The position numbers and the translations under genes are program-made. From positions 64,001-128,000 of the forward strand of contig JBMFRC010000002.1 in assembly GCA_049968235.1 (NCBI GenBank): a DNA stretch of 64,000 bases. Direction: 5' to 3'. The stretch is from Candidatus Hydrogenedens sp. GTDB taxonomy: Bacteria; Hydrogenedentota; Hydrogenedentia; Hydrogenedentales; Hydrogenedentaceae. This document shows, in pieces, positions 27,380 to 35,848 of this stretch. The notes under the pieces were generated by a model. The model worked only from the letters and a program-made list of their open reading frames with translations, was not told the DNA's origin and searched no databases. Numbering within the stretch: the stretch's first letter is position 1; every line of letters starts with the position of its first letter.

Positions 27380-27892
27380 ATGATAAGAACAAAATATTTC
27401 CTTTATTTCTTGATATTAATACTCCTGTTCAGTTCGTGTGCTCGACAAAGGCACAGAGTTACCTTTCAGTCTCCTTTTCAAGGTAGAGAACAGGAAACCT
27501 GGGGTTATCCCCTACCCGAAACATCTTTACAGATTACCTCTCCTTTTGGAGAAATTCGTAAAAAAAGAAACTTATCTTACTGGCATCAAGGAATTGACAT
27601 AAAAGCCAGGAAAGGAACTCCTGTGCTGGCAGTACAAAAAGGTATTGTAACTTTTGCCGGAAAGTCAAAAAACTATGGGTTATTGGTTTGTATAGAACAT
27701 TCAGGACTATGGGAATCCAGATATGCGCATCTCAACACTATTGAAGTGAAAAAAAATAAAAAAGTGAAGAAAGGAGAGGTCATCGGAAGAGTTGGAGAGA
27801 CCGGAAATGCAACGGGTCCCCACCTTCATTTTGAACTAAGGAAAAATGGAGTACCTGTTAATCCTGCTTCCTTGCTTCCAATAAAATACTGA
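27380..27892 (+). CDS. M23 family (LytM-like) peptidoglycan endopeptidase, lipoprotein (170 aa)
   Basis: Lipobox LLFSSCA. M23 motifs HQGIDI ... HLHFEL (HxxxD and HxH zinc ligands). Confidence 0.85.
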   Translation: MIRTKYFLYFLILILLFSSCARQRHRVTFQSPFQGREQETWGYPLPETSLQITSPFGEIRKKRNLSYWHQGIDIKARKGTPVLAVQKGIVTFAGKSKNYGLLVCIEHSGLWESRYAHLNTIEVKKNKKVKKGEVIGRVGETGNATGPHLHFELRKNGVPVNPASLLPIKY

Positions 27893-27893
27893 A

Positions 27894-30380
27894 TTATAAA
27901 AAGTCTCCATATAGTTCTTTTGCACATTGCGGACAAATTCCATGGCTAAATTCTGCTTCTGTATGCTGGCGAATATATACCTCCACCTCATGCCAGTAAC
28001 CTGTATCATCACGAATTCTCTTACAGCGTGCACATATCGGTAACAAACCATGAAGTTTTTTGACAGTATTCAATGCCTCCTGTAATTTTTCTACAGTCTC
28101 TTCTAACTCTTTTGTCTTTTGTAAGTTCTTTTTTTCCAATCGGATGCGTTCCAGAGCCTGAGCATACACAGAAGTTATCCACTCAATAGATTCCCAATGC
28201 GACGGGGTATAATTATCCTCTGAATTTACTGCTATGACGAAAACTAATTCATGAGAAGGGGTATAAGAAGGATAACATAATAATCTATTTACAGGAACTT
28301 TCCCAAAAAGTAAATGTTCTTTATCCTGAACATCATTTATAAGCAAAGGTATACCTGCCTCAATAAAACGGCGCAAAATTTTTTCTTTTTTAACCAATTC
28401 CTTCATATTGAAAGAGATTTCAAATTTATTTATTTTCTTTTTGTCTATACCATAAAAGAAATACATAGCCCTGTCAGAGTCAAAATATCCAGTAAAGCAA
28501 AATGCACTATTGAGTATATCTACACCTGTTTGACATACCATTTGCGTTAGTTCTCCTTCGTCTCGCAAATTCAAAAGCGAACGAGCAAACCCTGCATATA
28601 AAGAACTGATAACAACCTCATTTGCTAATTGTTTCTCTAATCTCTTTTTATCTGTAATGTCTATATGTGTTCCGGAAAAACGGATAGGATTCCCTTTTGA
28701 ATCTCTTGCCGAAACTCTTCCATAAGTATGTATCCATTGTTTATACATACCTCTATAGTAAATCTGATATTGGACATTAAAGACGCCGTCTTCTTTTGCA
28801 AGTGCTTCTCCCAATTCTTTTCGAATTAATTCTCTATGCACAGGAACAATACAATTGAACCAATCTTCTAATGTATAAAACTTCTTTGGGCTTATTCGAA
28901 ACATATCTAAAGCAGACTGATTCATTGTATATTCATTCTTCAAAATATCCCATGACCATAAACCGATACTTCCCAATTCTGAAGCAACACGGAGGTTTTC
29001 TTTTACATTTTTTAATTTCTCTTCCGATTCCATAAAAGCGGTTATATCCATTCCAATACCTACAAGTTTTTGGGCATATTTCCCCTGTCGCGAGATACAT
29101 TCCCCAATAGTGCGCACCCAAACCAATCTATCTCCGGGTAAAAGCAACCGATGGTCAACAGCAAAACTATTTGTTGCCCCATGAATACAAGGCTTGACTG
29201 CATGCCAAAAATTTACACGGTCTAAGGGATGTATATATTTCCACCACTCTGTTAATTCATCCGGAACCCTTAAATACGGGAATAAGGTTTGTAAACCAGA
29301 TGATATTATCTTTCGCGTATCTACTTCATATTCCCAAACACCAATATGCCCCGTCTTTAAGGAAATTTGATGAAGATTTAATAATGCCTTTTCTTGCCAG
29401 TATTGTTCCAAATAAGAAATGGTCCCTGTTAAAAAAGGTATTTTCTCTTCCAGATAACGGCAAATCTCTTCTGTATCTTTATTATCATTCCTATCTGCAA
29501 AAAGAAATAGCCATTTCCGCTGTCCCGCAGTATTTAATGGAAGGAAAATTAACGAACGATACCCCAATAAATGACACAGTCCACAATATTCTGTATCTTT
29601 AAAACAATGAACAAGTATCCGTGCTTTTTCCGGTGTTGCATTAAACCGCAAAAAGTCTTTATACCTAAGTTCGGATGGAATATAAATAGCACGACCTTCA
29701 AGAAAATCTTCACATACCCTTGTAATATTTTTATCGGAACAAAGTAATGAACAAAAATCTACTTCTTTATCATTCTTGAACACCTGTATATGATTTTTAC
29801 CTTCCTTCATCAATGCACATACTACTTTAAAATCAAATAGATTACTTAAACCAGATAACAACCGTGACATGCCTTCTTCCAACCGATATACACTATTATT
29901 AATCGTTAAACCTATTATAAATTCATCAAACAACTTATCAAATAAGTTTCGTAAATATCGACGATTTCTTAAAATATGATTCCGAATAATTCTCAAAGAA
30001 CAATTTAAGTGGCGGGTATTTTTTGACCCTAATGGCACACAATACACATTGTCTCTTGCTAATTGAGGCTCTATAATCTCCGGAATTTTAGAACTGACTG
30101 TAAAAAGAATAATGTTGTCATAATTATCTAAAATCCTCTTATAAGAACCCCACTTTGGTATATTTTCTATATAATCAAAAACCATCAATTCATAATTAAT
30201 TTCACCGTTTAATAAACGAGTTAAACTTTGAGTAGTAGCACAGTAATGCATCTTTACTTTCTGATCCCAAAATCTTTCATTTAAAAGAATCTTATCTCTC
30301 TCTTCTTGGGGTTGTCCTACCACTAATATATTCAGACAGGAAAAGGAAGGAAACTTATTTATTTTCTTTTCAGATAACAT
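27894..30380 (-). CDS. Multidomain PAS/GAF signalling protein with C-terminal CxxC...CxxC module (828 aa)
   Basis: Two PAS/PAC-like segments (e.g. GVWEYEVDTRKI..., GLWSWDILKNEYTMNQ...YGRVSARDSKGNPIRFSGTHIDITDKK). Coiled-coil stretch. C-terminus HGLLPICARCKRIRDDTGYWHEVEVYIRQHTEAEFSHGICPQCAKELYGDFL. No kinase, GGDEF, EAL or HD-GYP domain recognised. Confidence 0.7.
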   Translation of the reverse strand: MLSEKKINKFPSFSCLNILVVGQPQEERDKILLNERFWDQKVKMHYCATTQSLTRLLNGEINYELMVFDYIENIPKWGSYKRILDNYDNIILFTVSSKIPEIIEPQLARDNVYCVPLGSKNTRHLNCSLRIIRNHILRNRRYLRNLFDKLFDEFIIGLTINNSVYRLEEGMSRLLSGLSNLFDFKVVCALMKEGKNHIQVFKNDKEVDFCSLLCSDKNITRVCEDFLEGRAIYIPSELRYKDFLRFNATPEKARILVHCFKDTEYCGLCHLLGYRSLIFLPLNTAGQRKWLFLFADRNDNKDTEEICRYLEEKIPFLTGTISYLEQYWQEKALLNLHQISLKTGHIGVWEYEVDTRKIISSGLQTLFPYLRVPDELTEWWKYIHPLDRVNFWHAVKPCIHGATNSFAVDHRLLLPGDRLVWVRTIGECISRQGKYAQKLVGIGMDITAFMESEEKLKNVKENLRVASELGSIGLWSWDILKNEYTMNQSALDMFRISPKKFYTLEDWFNCIVPVHRELIRKELGEALAKEDGVFNVQYQIYYRGMYKQWIHTYGRVSARDSKGNPIRFSGTHIDITDKKRLEKQLANEVVISSLYAGFARSLLNLRDEGELTQMVCQTGVDILNSAFCFTGYFDSDRAMYFFYGIDKKKINKFEISFNMKELVKKEKILRRFIEAGIPLLINDVQDKEHLLFGKVPVNRLLCYPSYTPSHELVFVIAVNSEDNYTPSHWESIEWITSVYAQALERIRLEKKNLQKTKELEETVEKLQEALNTVKKLHGLLPICARCKRIRDDTGYWHEVEVYIRQHTEAEFSHGICPQCAKELYGDFL

Positions 30381-30580
30381 TATTTTTTACCCATGTCCGA
30401 ACATACCTGATAATTCCCGAAAATTTCAATTATATATATTATCTACACTTATAGTACAATACAAAATAAAATAAAATCAAAAAAAAATAATAATTATATC
30501 TCGTATTATTATAATAAAAATTAATACAAAACAACCCCTTTAATTATTTTTAAATATTATATTTTTTATTATATCGAAAA

Positions 30581-31660
30581 CTAACTGTATTTTACACCTA
30601 ATAGGTTGCAAAGTATATATCGGTCTAACTCTTCATAATCCCGTTCTGCAATAAATTTTGAAACTAATTTTGCATCCATGGCTCTTACTTTTTCAACTAA
30701 TAACTTAAAAGTAGCTAGACTGTTTCTTAAGTGTTTTGTATTCACTGCTTGTTTTTGAGTTCTCATCGTTTTTACATCAAGACCTATCCATTCCCCATTC
30801 CTACCATAGCCATATTCTTCAAGGACCCGGACCTGATTAAACGCTCTTCGGATATTATAAGAGCCAAAGGATTTATCCTGGTCAAACTTTAACCCCCCCT
30901 GGTCATTTAGATGGACACTTTTCAGTTTATTATGAGCCAGTGCATATGCCATATCATCAGCAGGGTCTAAACCCGCGAGAACAGAATGTGCCGTTTCCAC
31001 GAGACAACAAACACGAGCAGGGTCATCTGTGATATAGGACAAGCCAATGGCATGCCCTATCGTAGGTATAATGGCACTATCTACAGGCTCATTGGGTTTC
31101 GGTTCGATAAGAACGATAACTTCTTTATCATAGGCTAACATTTCATTTATAGCATCACGAATCTGAAGTACCGCCAACCGGACATTCTTGCTCTCGCGAA
31201 TGTAAGTCCCTTCTCTTGCTAACCATAAAACCATATTGTGCGTGCCTAAAATATTCATAATATCTATCGCCTTTTTTGTCCTTTCAATAGCATATTTACG
31301 GCACGCTGGGTCATTACTGGTGTATGCACCATCTATCGTTTTTGGGGAAAACCACAAACGCGGGGCAACAAATTCAGCCACCAGTCCTTCATTATCTAAC
31401 ATTTTCTTTACTTTTTTGGCTTCTTTCTCTATCTCTGCACTTGATTTTTCATCCAAATCAGGGACCGCATCATCATCATGAAATTGCATTCCATCAAATC
31501 CCAATTGTTTTGCTACTTTCATTTTCTTCGCTAACGGTTCCGGTTTACGAACCGTAGGTCCAAAAGGGTCTGCTCCTTCATCAATATTCCACGGACCGAA
31601 AGAAAAACGATACACTGCTTTAGGTTTGTTGCTGTCTGAACTATTTTTCTTTGTAGCCAT
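30581..31660 (-). CDS. Xylose isomerase (class I-like) family TIM-barrel protein (359 aa)
   Basis: Close block-wise resemblance to class I XylA: RFSFGPWNIDEGADPFG, FHDDD, IEPKPNEP, PTIGHAIG, ETAHSVLAGL, VHLNDQGGLKFDQD. The WGGREG block reads WLAREG. Confidence 0.6.
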   Translation of the reverse strand: MATKKNSSDSNKPKAVYRFSFGPWNIDEGADPFGPTVRKPEPLAKKMKVAKQLGFDGMQFHDDDAVPDLDEKSSAEIEKEAKKVKKMLDNEGLVAEFVAPRLWFSPKTIDGAYTSNDPACRKYAIERTKKAIDIMNILGTHNMVLWLAREGTYIRESKNVRLAVLQIRDAINEMLAYDKEVIVLIEPKPNEPVDSAIIPTIGHAIGLSYITDDPARVCCLVETAHSVLAGLDPADDMAYALAHNKLKSVHLNDQGGLKFDQDKSFGSYNIRRAFNQVRVLEEYGYGRNGEWIGLDVKTMRTQKQAVNTKHLRNSLATFKLLVEKVRAMDAKLVSKFIAERDYEELDRYILCNLLGVKYS

Positions 31661-31744
31661 ATCCTTATCTCCTTATTATATTTTTGTATAATTAAAAGGC
31701 TTATTTTTTGTAGAATATATCTTTTAAATAACAAAAGACAAACG

Positions 31745-32695
31745 ATGATGACACAAGAAGAACCTGATTACAAATCATTATTATCTTCCTTTTCTTTTTT
31801 CCAGTCAGCCTATATACTGGCTCCACATACCTATTACAAAATAGGAGGCCCTGCCGATTTTGCCCTTATCCCCCAAAATGAAACGGAATTAAAACAATCC
31901 TACCAAATACTCCAACAAATCTCACTCCCTTATTTCATTTTAGGTGGAGGAACTAATGTTTTAATTTCAGATAAAGGCTTTCGGGGAGTCGTTCTTATTA
32001 CCTCGCATCACAAAGAATTCAAATCCTTAGGGAATGACCGATATTTTATTAGCGGAGGAGTTGAACTTGATTGGGTAGTAAGAGAAGTATTACTAAAAAA
32101 CAACTATGAAGGTGTCGGTGCTTTAACTGGCATTCCCGGAACCATAGGTGGTGCTTTATTTATGAATGCAGGAACAGTAAACGGTTCTATTTGTGACTGG
32201 GCAGAAAAAGTTTTCCTATTTTCTCGCGATGGTGAAAAAGAAATAGAAATAAAACCAGAATTGTATGGTTATCGTTTGCAAAAATTCTGTTCAATGTATG
32301 AATTAATATACGGTGCCATTTTCCACTTTCGAAAATCAGATAAGAACCAACTATCTGTTTACGAACATTACATAAATCGTAGGAAAGAAAAACAACCTCA
32401 GGGCTATTGTTGTGGAAGTGTATTTAAAAACCCTGCAGGTTATCATGCTGGCAAATTAATTGAAGAATGTGGATTAAAAGGCATACGAAAAGGAGGAGCG
32501 GTCATAAGCCCCATTCATGCAAATTTTATTATCAATGAAAACAATGCTACTTTTGATGATGTCCTGTTCTTAATTCAACTCATTCGAGAAAAAGTATACG
32601 AGAAATTTAATATAAAACTGGAAGAGGAAGTCCACATCCTATTTGAAGATGGTTGCCTTCAATCCTGTAAGCACACAAAAAGTCAAGAAGGATAA
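31745..32695 (+). CDS. murB: UDP-N-acetylenolpyruvoylglucosamine reductase
   Basis: FAD-binding N-terminus YYKIGGPADF..ILGGGTNVLISD and C-terminal MurB blocks (GSVFKNP). 316 aa. Confidence 0.85.
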   Translation: MMTQEEPDYKSLLSSFSFFQSAYILAPHTYYKIGGPADFALIPQNETELKQSYQILQQISLPYFILGGGTNVLISDKGFRGVVLITSHHKEFKSLGNDRYFISGGVELDWVVREVLLKNNYEGVGALTGIPGTIGGALFMNAGTVNGSICDWAEKVFLFSRDGEKEIEIKPELYGYRLQKFCSMYELIYGAIFHFRKSDKNQLSVYEHYINRRKEKQPQGYCCGSVFKNPAGYHAGKLIEECGLKGIRKGGAVISPIHANFIINENNATFDDVLFLIQLIREKVYEKFNIKLEEEVHILFEDGCLQSCKHTKSQEG

Positions 32696-32700
32696 TTATC

Positions 32701-33744
32701 ATGTCAAAAAAACTTCTTTATGTGGTTAATGCTACTGCACCCATTCGCATCTGTGATTTAGGAGGCTGGACTGATACCTGGTTTGCTGAATACGGTGCAG
32801 TTCTTAATATAGGGGTTTATCCCTATGCTGAGGTACAAATTTACGTTTATGAAACCTCTACAGACGAAAAACCTAAAATTGTACTGGATGTCGAAAATTT
32901 TGGAGAACGATATACCCTTCAAACAACCTTTACAGAATATGACAAACATCCTTTATTGGAAGCATGTATTGATATTATGGAACTCCCTCCCAATTTATCT
33001 TTTGAGGTTAACCTTTTTTCTGAGGCACCTGCAGGCTGTTCCACAGGCACATCCGCATCTATCAGTGTTGCTTTATTAGGGGCTCTTGACATGTTAACCC
33101 CTGGACAACGAACCGCTCATGAAATTGCAACTCTTGCTCACCGCGTTGAAACCGAAAAATTGGGACTACAATGTGGAATTCAAGACCAAATTTGTGCAAG
33201 TTATGGGGGAATATGTTTTATTGAAATGTTTCAGTATCCTCATGCTTCGGTTTCGCCCGTTATGCTACCGAATTCTATATGGTGGGAGTTAGAAAGTCGA
33301 CTTATGCTGGTTTATCTTGGCAAAACACATTCCTCCAGCGATGTGCATAAACAGGTTATCACGCGATTGGAACAGCCTAACAGTGATAAAAGTGTTTTAG
33401 ATATATTAAGGAACTCTGCTCATACAGGGAAAAATGCTTTACTGGAAGGTAACTTTAATCTGTTTGCGAAATCCATGATACAAAACACCGAAGGACAGAT
33501 GGCTTTACATCCATCACTGGTATCGGATACAGCCAGAGAAGTTATTGATTTAGCAAAACAACACGGTGCTATAGGCTGGAAAGTAAACGGTGCCGGCGGA
33601 GAAGGAGGTTCTTTAACACTACTTTTTGATGAACATAATAAAAACAAAAGAAATTTTAAAAGAGCACTGGCAGAATTTAATACACAGTTACAAATTATCC
33701 CCATTTATCTTTCTCGCATGGGCTTACGAAAGTGGCTACACTAA
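32701..33744 (+). CDS. GHMP-family sugar kinase (heptose-7-phosphate kinase HddA-like)
   Basis: N-terminal APIRICDLGGWTD motif. GHMP ATP-binding loop PAGCSTGTSASISVALLGAL. 347 aa. Confidence 0.7.
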   Translation: MSKKLLYVVNATAPIRICDLGGWTDTWFAEYGAVLNIGVYPYAEVQIYVYETSTDEKPKIVLDVENFGERYTLQTTFTEYDKHPLLEACIDIMELPPNLSFEVNLFSEAPAGCSTGTSASISVALLGALDMLTPGQRTAHEIATLAHRVETEKLGLQCGIQDQICASYGGICFIEMFQYPHASVSPVMLPNSIWWELESRLMLVYLGKTHSSSDVHKQVITRLEQPNSDKSVLDILRNSAHTGKNALLEGNFNLFAKSMIQNTEGQMALHPSLVSDTAREVIDLAKQHGAIGWKVNGAGGEGGSLTLLFDEHNKNKRNFKRALAEFNTQLQIIPIYLSRMGLRKWLH

Positions 33745-33766
33745 ATACACTTTACTCTTATACGGA

Positions 33767-34348
33767 TTATCGATTATCTTCCGTTGGTAACTTCTTGTTG
33801 GCATGTTCACATATCGCCTTAAAAAGTTGCCGGGTTATCTCTACATCATAATCTTTAAAATTTTTTGGATTTTTCCAGAATTCCGTCAAATCTCCCTGAT
33901 GCTCCCGCTCATAGTTTAGTACTTTCAACATCATTTGCACTTTATCTAAACCCCGTACTAATTTCGCTTCCGGTGAGGATACTTCGTGAAACTCACGATG
34001 CAACTCCGAAAACTTTACAGGGAAATCTTCCATTAACTTATCAAAAACTGCCTGCTCTGCTTGCGTTTTCTCCTCTGAGAAATATTTCTGAGCAATGGGC
34101 ATAGGCATATCCATCATTTTTGCCTCTGCTAAGTCATGAATAATAGCCATTGACAAAACCTTTTCTCCATCCCACCGTCCTGGATATTCTTCAAGAACTA
34201 ACAACGCCAATAAGCTTAAAAAATGGGTATGGGCAGATACAGATTCCGGAACAGAAACACCTCGTAATAAAAATCCTGCACGCGGAACACGGTCTAATGG
34301 GTGTATTTCTCGGAACAAAGATAACACTCTTTCACAAAAATCTACCAT
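33767..34348 (-). CDS. HD-domain phosphohydrolase (YfbR-like 5'-deoxynucleotidase family)
   Basis: SAHTHFLSLLAL ... IIHDLAEAKMMD HD motif. About 190 aa. Confidence 0.65.
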   Translation of the reverse strand: MVDFCERVLSLFREIHPLDRVPRAGFLLRGVSVPESVSAHTHFLSLLALLVLEEYPGRWDGEKVLSMAIIHDLAEAKMMDMPMPIAQKYFSEEKTQAEQAVFDKLMEDFPVKFSELHREFHEVSSPEAKLVRGLDKVQMMLKVLNYEREHQGDLTEFWKNPKNFKDYDVEITRQLFKAICEHANKKLPTEDNR

Positions 34349-34378
34349 TTTCTATATTTCCTTCCACTTTCCTTATTA

Positions 34379-34843
34379 TCAACTCAGATTTTGGATTTCT
34401 TCTGCCAACAAGGTTATCATCTTATTAAACTGCATACTAAATACAAAATATGCAGCAATATTTGAAAAAATCATAAATATAGCAATAGGAACCAATATTT
34501 GACGATTAGGAATAAAATAAAATATAAACAACAAGAACAATATATCTACTACAGGAATAACAAAGAGGATTAGATACCGAAACCATACAAAATTCTTCAC
34601 AGAACAATTAATGACAACCCCACCACTTTTCCATTGAATATAGACTTTATCTATCCATGGGTACATAAAAATTTCTCCCTGCTTCCCACAAGATACAGGT
34701 TGCTTTAGTTCTATGTTATCTTCCCATTCCCGTTCAACAATAAACCCCTTTCCTAAAAACAAACTCCTCAATTTCTCAAGATAATTTTTTCTTTCTGCTT
34801 CCTCCACTTCAACTTCTATCACAAAATTCTTTTCCATATTCAT
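34379..34843 (-). CDS. Hypothetical membrane protein (154 aa)
   Basis: Two or three predicted TM helices in the C-terminal half (LILFVIPVVDILFLLFIFYFI, IAIFMIFSNIAAYFVF). No family recognised. Confidence 0.4.
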   Translation of the reverse strand: MNMEKNFVIEVEVEEAERKNYLEKLRSLFLGKGFIVEREWEDNIELKQPVSCGKQGEIFMYPWIDKVYIQWKSGGVVINCSVKNFVWFRYLILFVIPVVDILFLLFIFYFIPNRQILVPIAIFMIFSNIAAYFVFSMQFNKMITLLAEEIQNLS

Positions 34844-34934
34844 GCTCCTCTATATCTATTGCCTAAAATATCGAAATGCTTTATATAATATTACAAATAT
34901 TTAGCAACTAAATAAAACTTATATTACATATAGT

Positions 34935-35759
34935 ATGAATAAACTAATTGTATTTTTTGGGGCTATTGGCGACACAATATTACTTTCTCCTGCAATTCAA
35001 AAATTATCAGAAAATGGAATTATTAGTGCAGTAGGCTATCCTGAACGGATGGCTTTATTAGAACAAGTGGGTTGGCTACAAAAAGTATATGATGCAGATA
35101 TTGTTGATTTCACTTCTATTTTCTCAACACCTTCAAAAAGATTGTGCAATTTTCTAATACAATTTGATACAGTTTATTTCTTTTTTCAGGATGGAGAATC
35201 ATTGATACAAAAAACAAAGGTTATCGGAGTCCCAAATACCTATTATTTTCCGGGCAAACCACCGAATAACTGGAAAATGCATGCTTCGACTTATTATCTA
35301 CAATGCTTTGGATTTTCCCCAATTAGAAATTTTACTTTACCTATTTCACCCAAAAAGAAACACAACGAAGTCATTATCCATCCCGGGAGTGGAAGCAAGG
35401 ACAAAAATTATCCTATTGATTTATTTTTAGAAATTACCGAACTATTGCTTAATAATCATTTTAAGGTTCGTTGGTGTTTGGGGCCCGCCGAAGAAAAACT
35501 ATCTGTACCTCATGGAATCCCCATACTTCAAATAAAACCCCTTACCCAATTGGCAGAATATATTGCAGGTGCAAGTGTATATATTGGCAATGATAGTGGA
35601 ATTTCTCATCTTGCTGGAGCATTGGGTGTTAAAACTATCACTCTCTTTTACTCCACAGACCCTAAAATATGGGCACCTCTAGGACTTCGTGTTTTCACAT
35701 TTACACGCGAGACTCTTTGCTTAAAAGAAATTTTTAGAATTATCGATGCTGAAAATTGA
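34935..35759 (+). CDS. Glycosyltransferase family 9 (heptosyltransferase-like), short form (274 aa)
   Basis: N-terminus FGAIGDTILLSPAIQKL and C-terminal IGNDSGISHLAGALGVKTITLF are typical of GT9 ADP-heptose:LPS heptosyltransferases. Confidence 0.65.
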   Translation: MNKLIVFFGAIGDTILLSPAIQKLSENGIISAVGYPERMALLEQVGWLQKVYDADIVDFTSIFSTPSKRLCNFLIQFDTVYFFFQDGESLIQKTKVIGVPNTYYFPGKPPNNWKMHASTYYLQCFGFSPIRNFTLPISPKKKHNEVIIHPGSGSKDKNYPIDLFLEITELLLNNHFKVRWCLGPAEEKLSVPHGIPILQIKPLTQLAEYIAGASVYIGNDSGISHLAGALGVKTITLFYSTDPKIWAPLGLRVFTFTRETLCLKEIFRIIDAEN

Positions 35760-35848
35760 TACTAATCCCAATCTTTGTAAAATATGGTGAATATGAATTA
35801 AAATATATACAAATCTCCACAAATTTAACTTAATCAAAGGTTTTTAAT

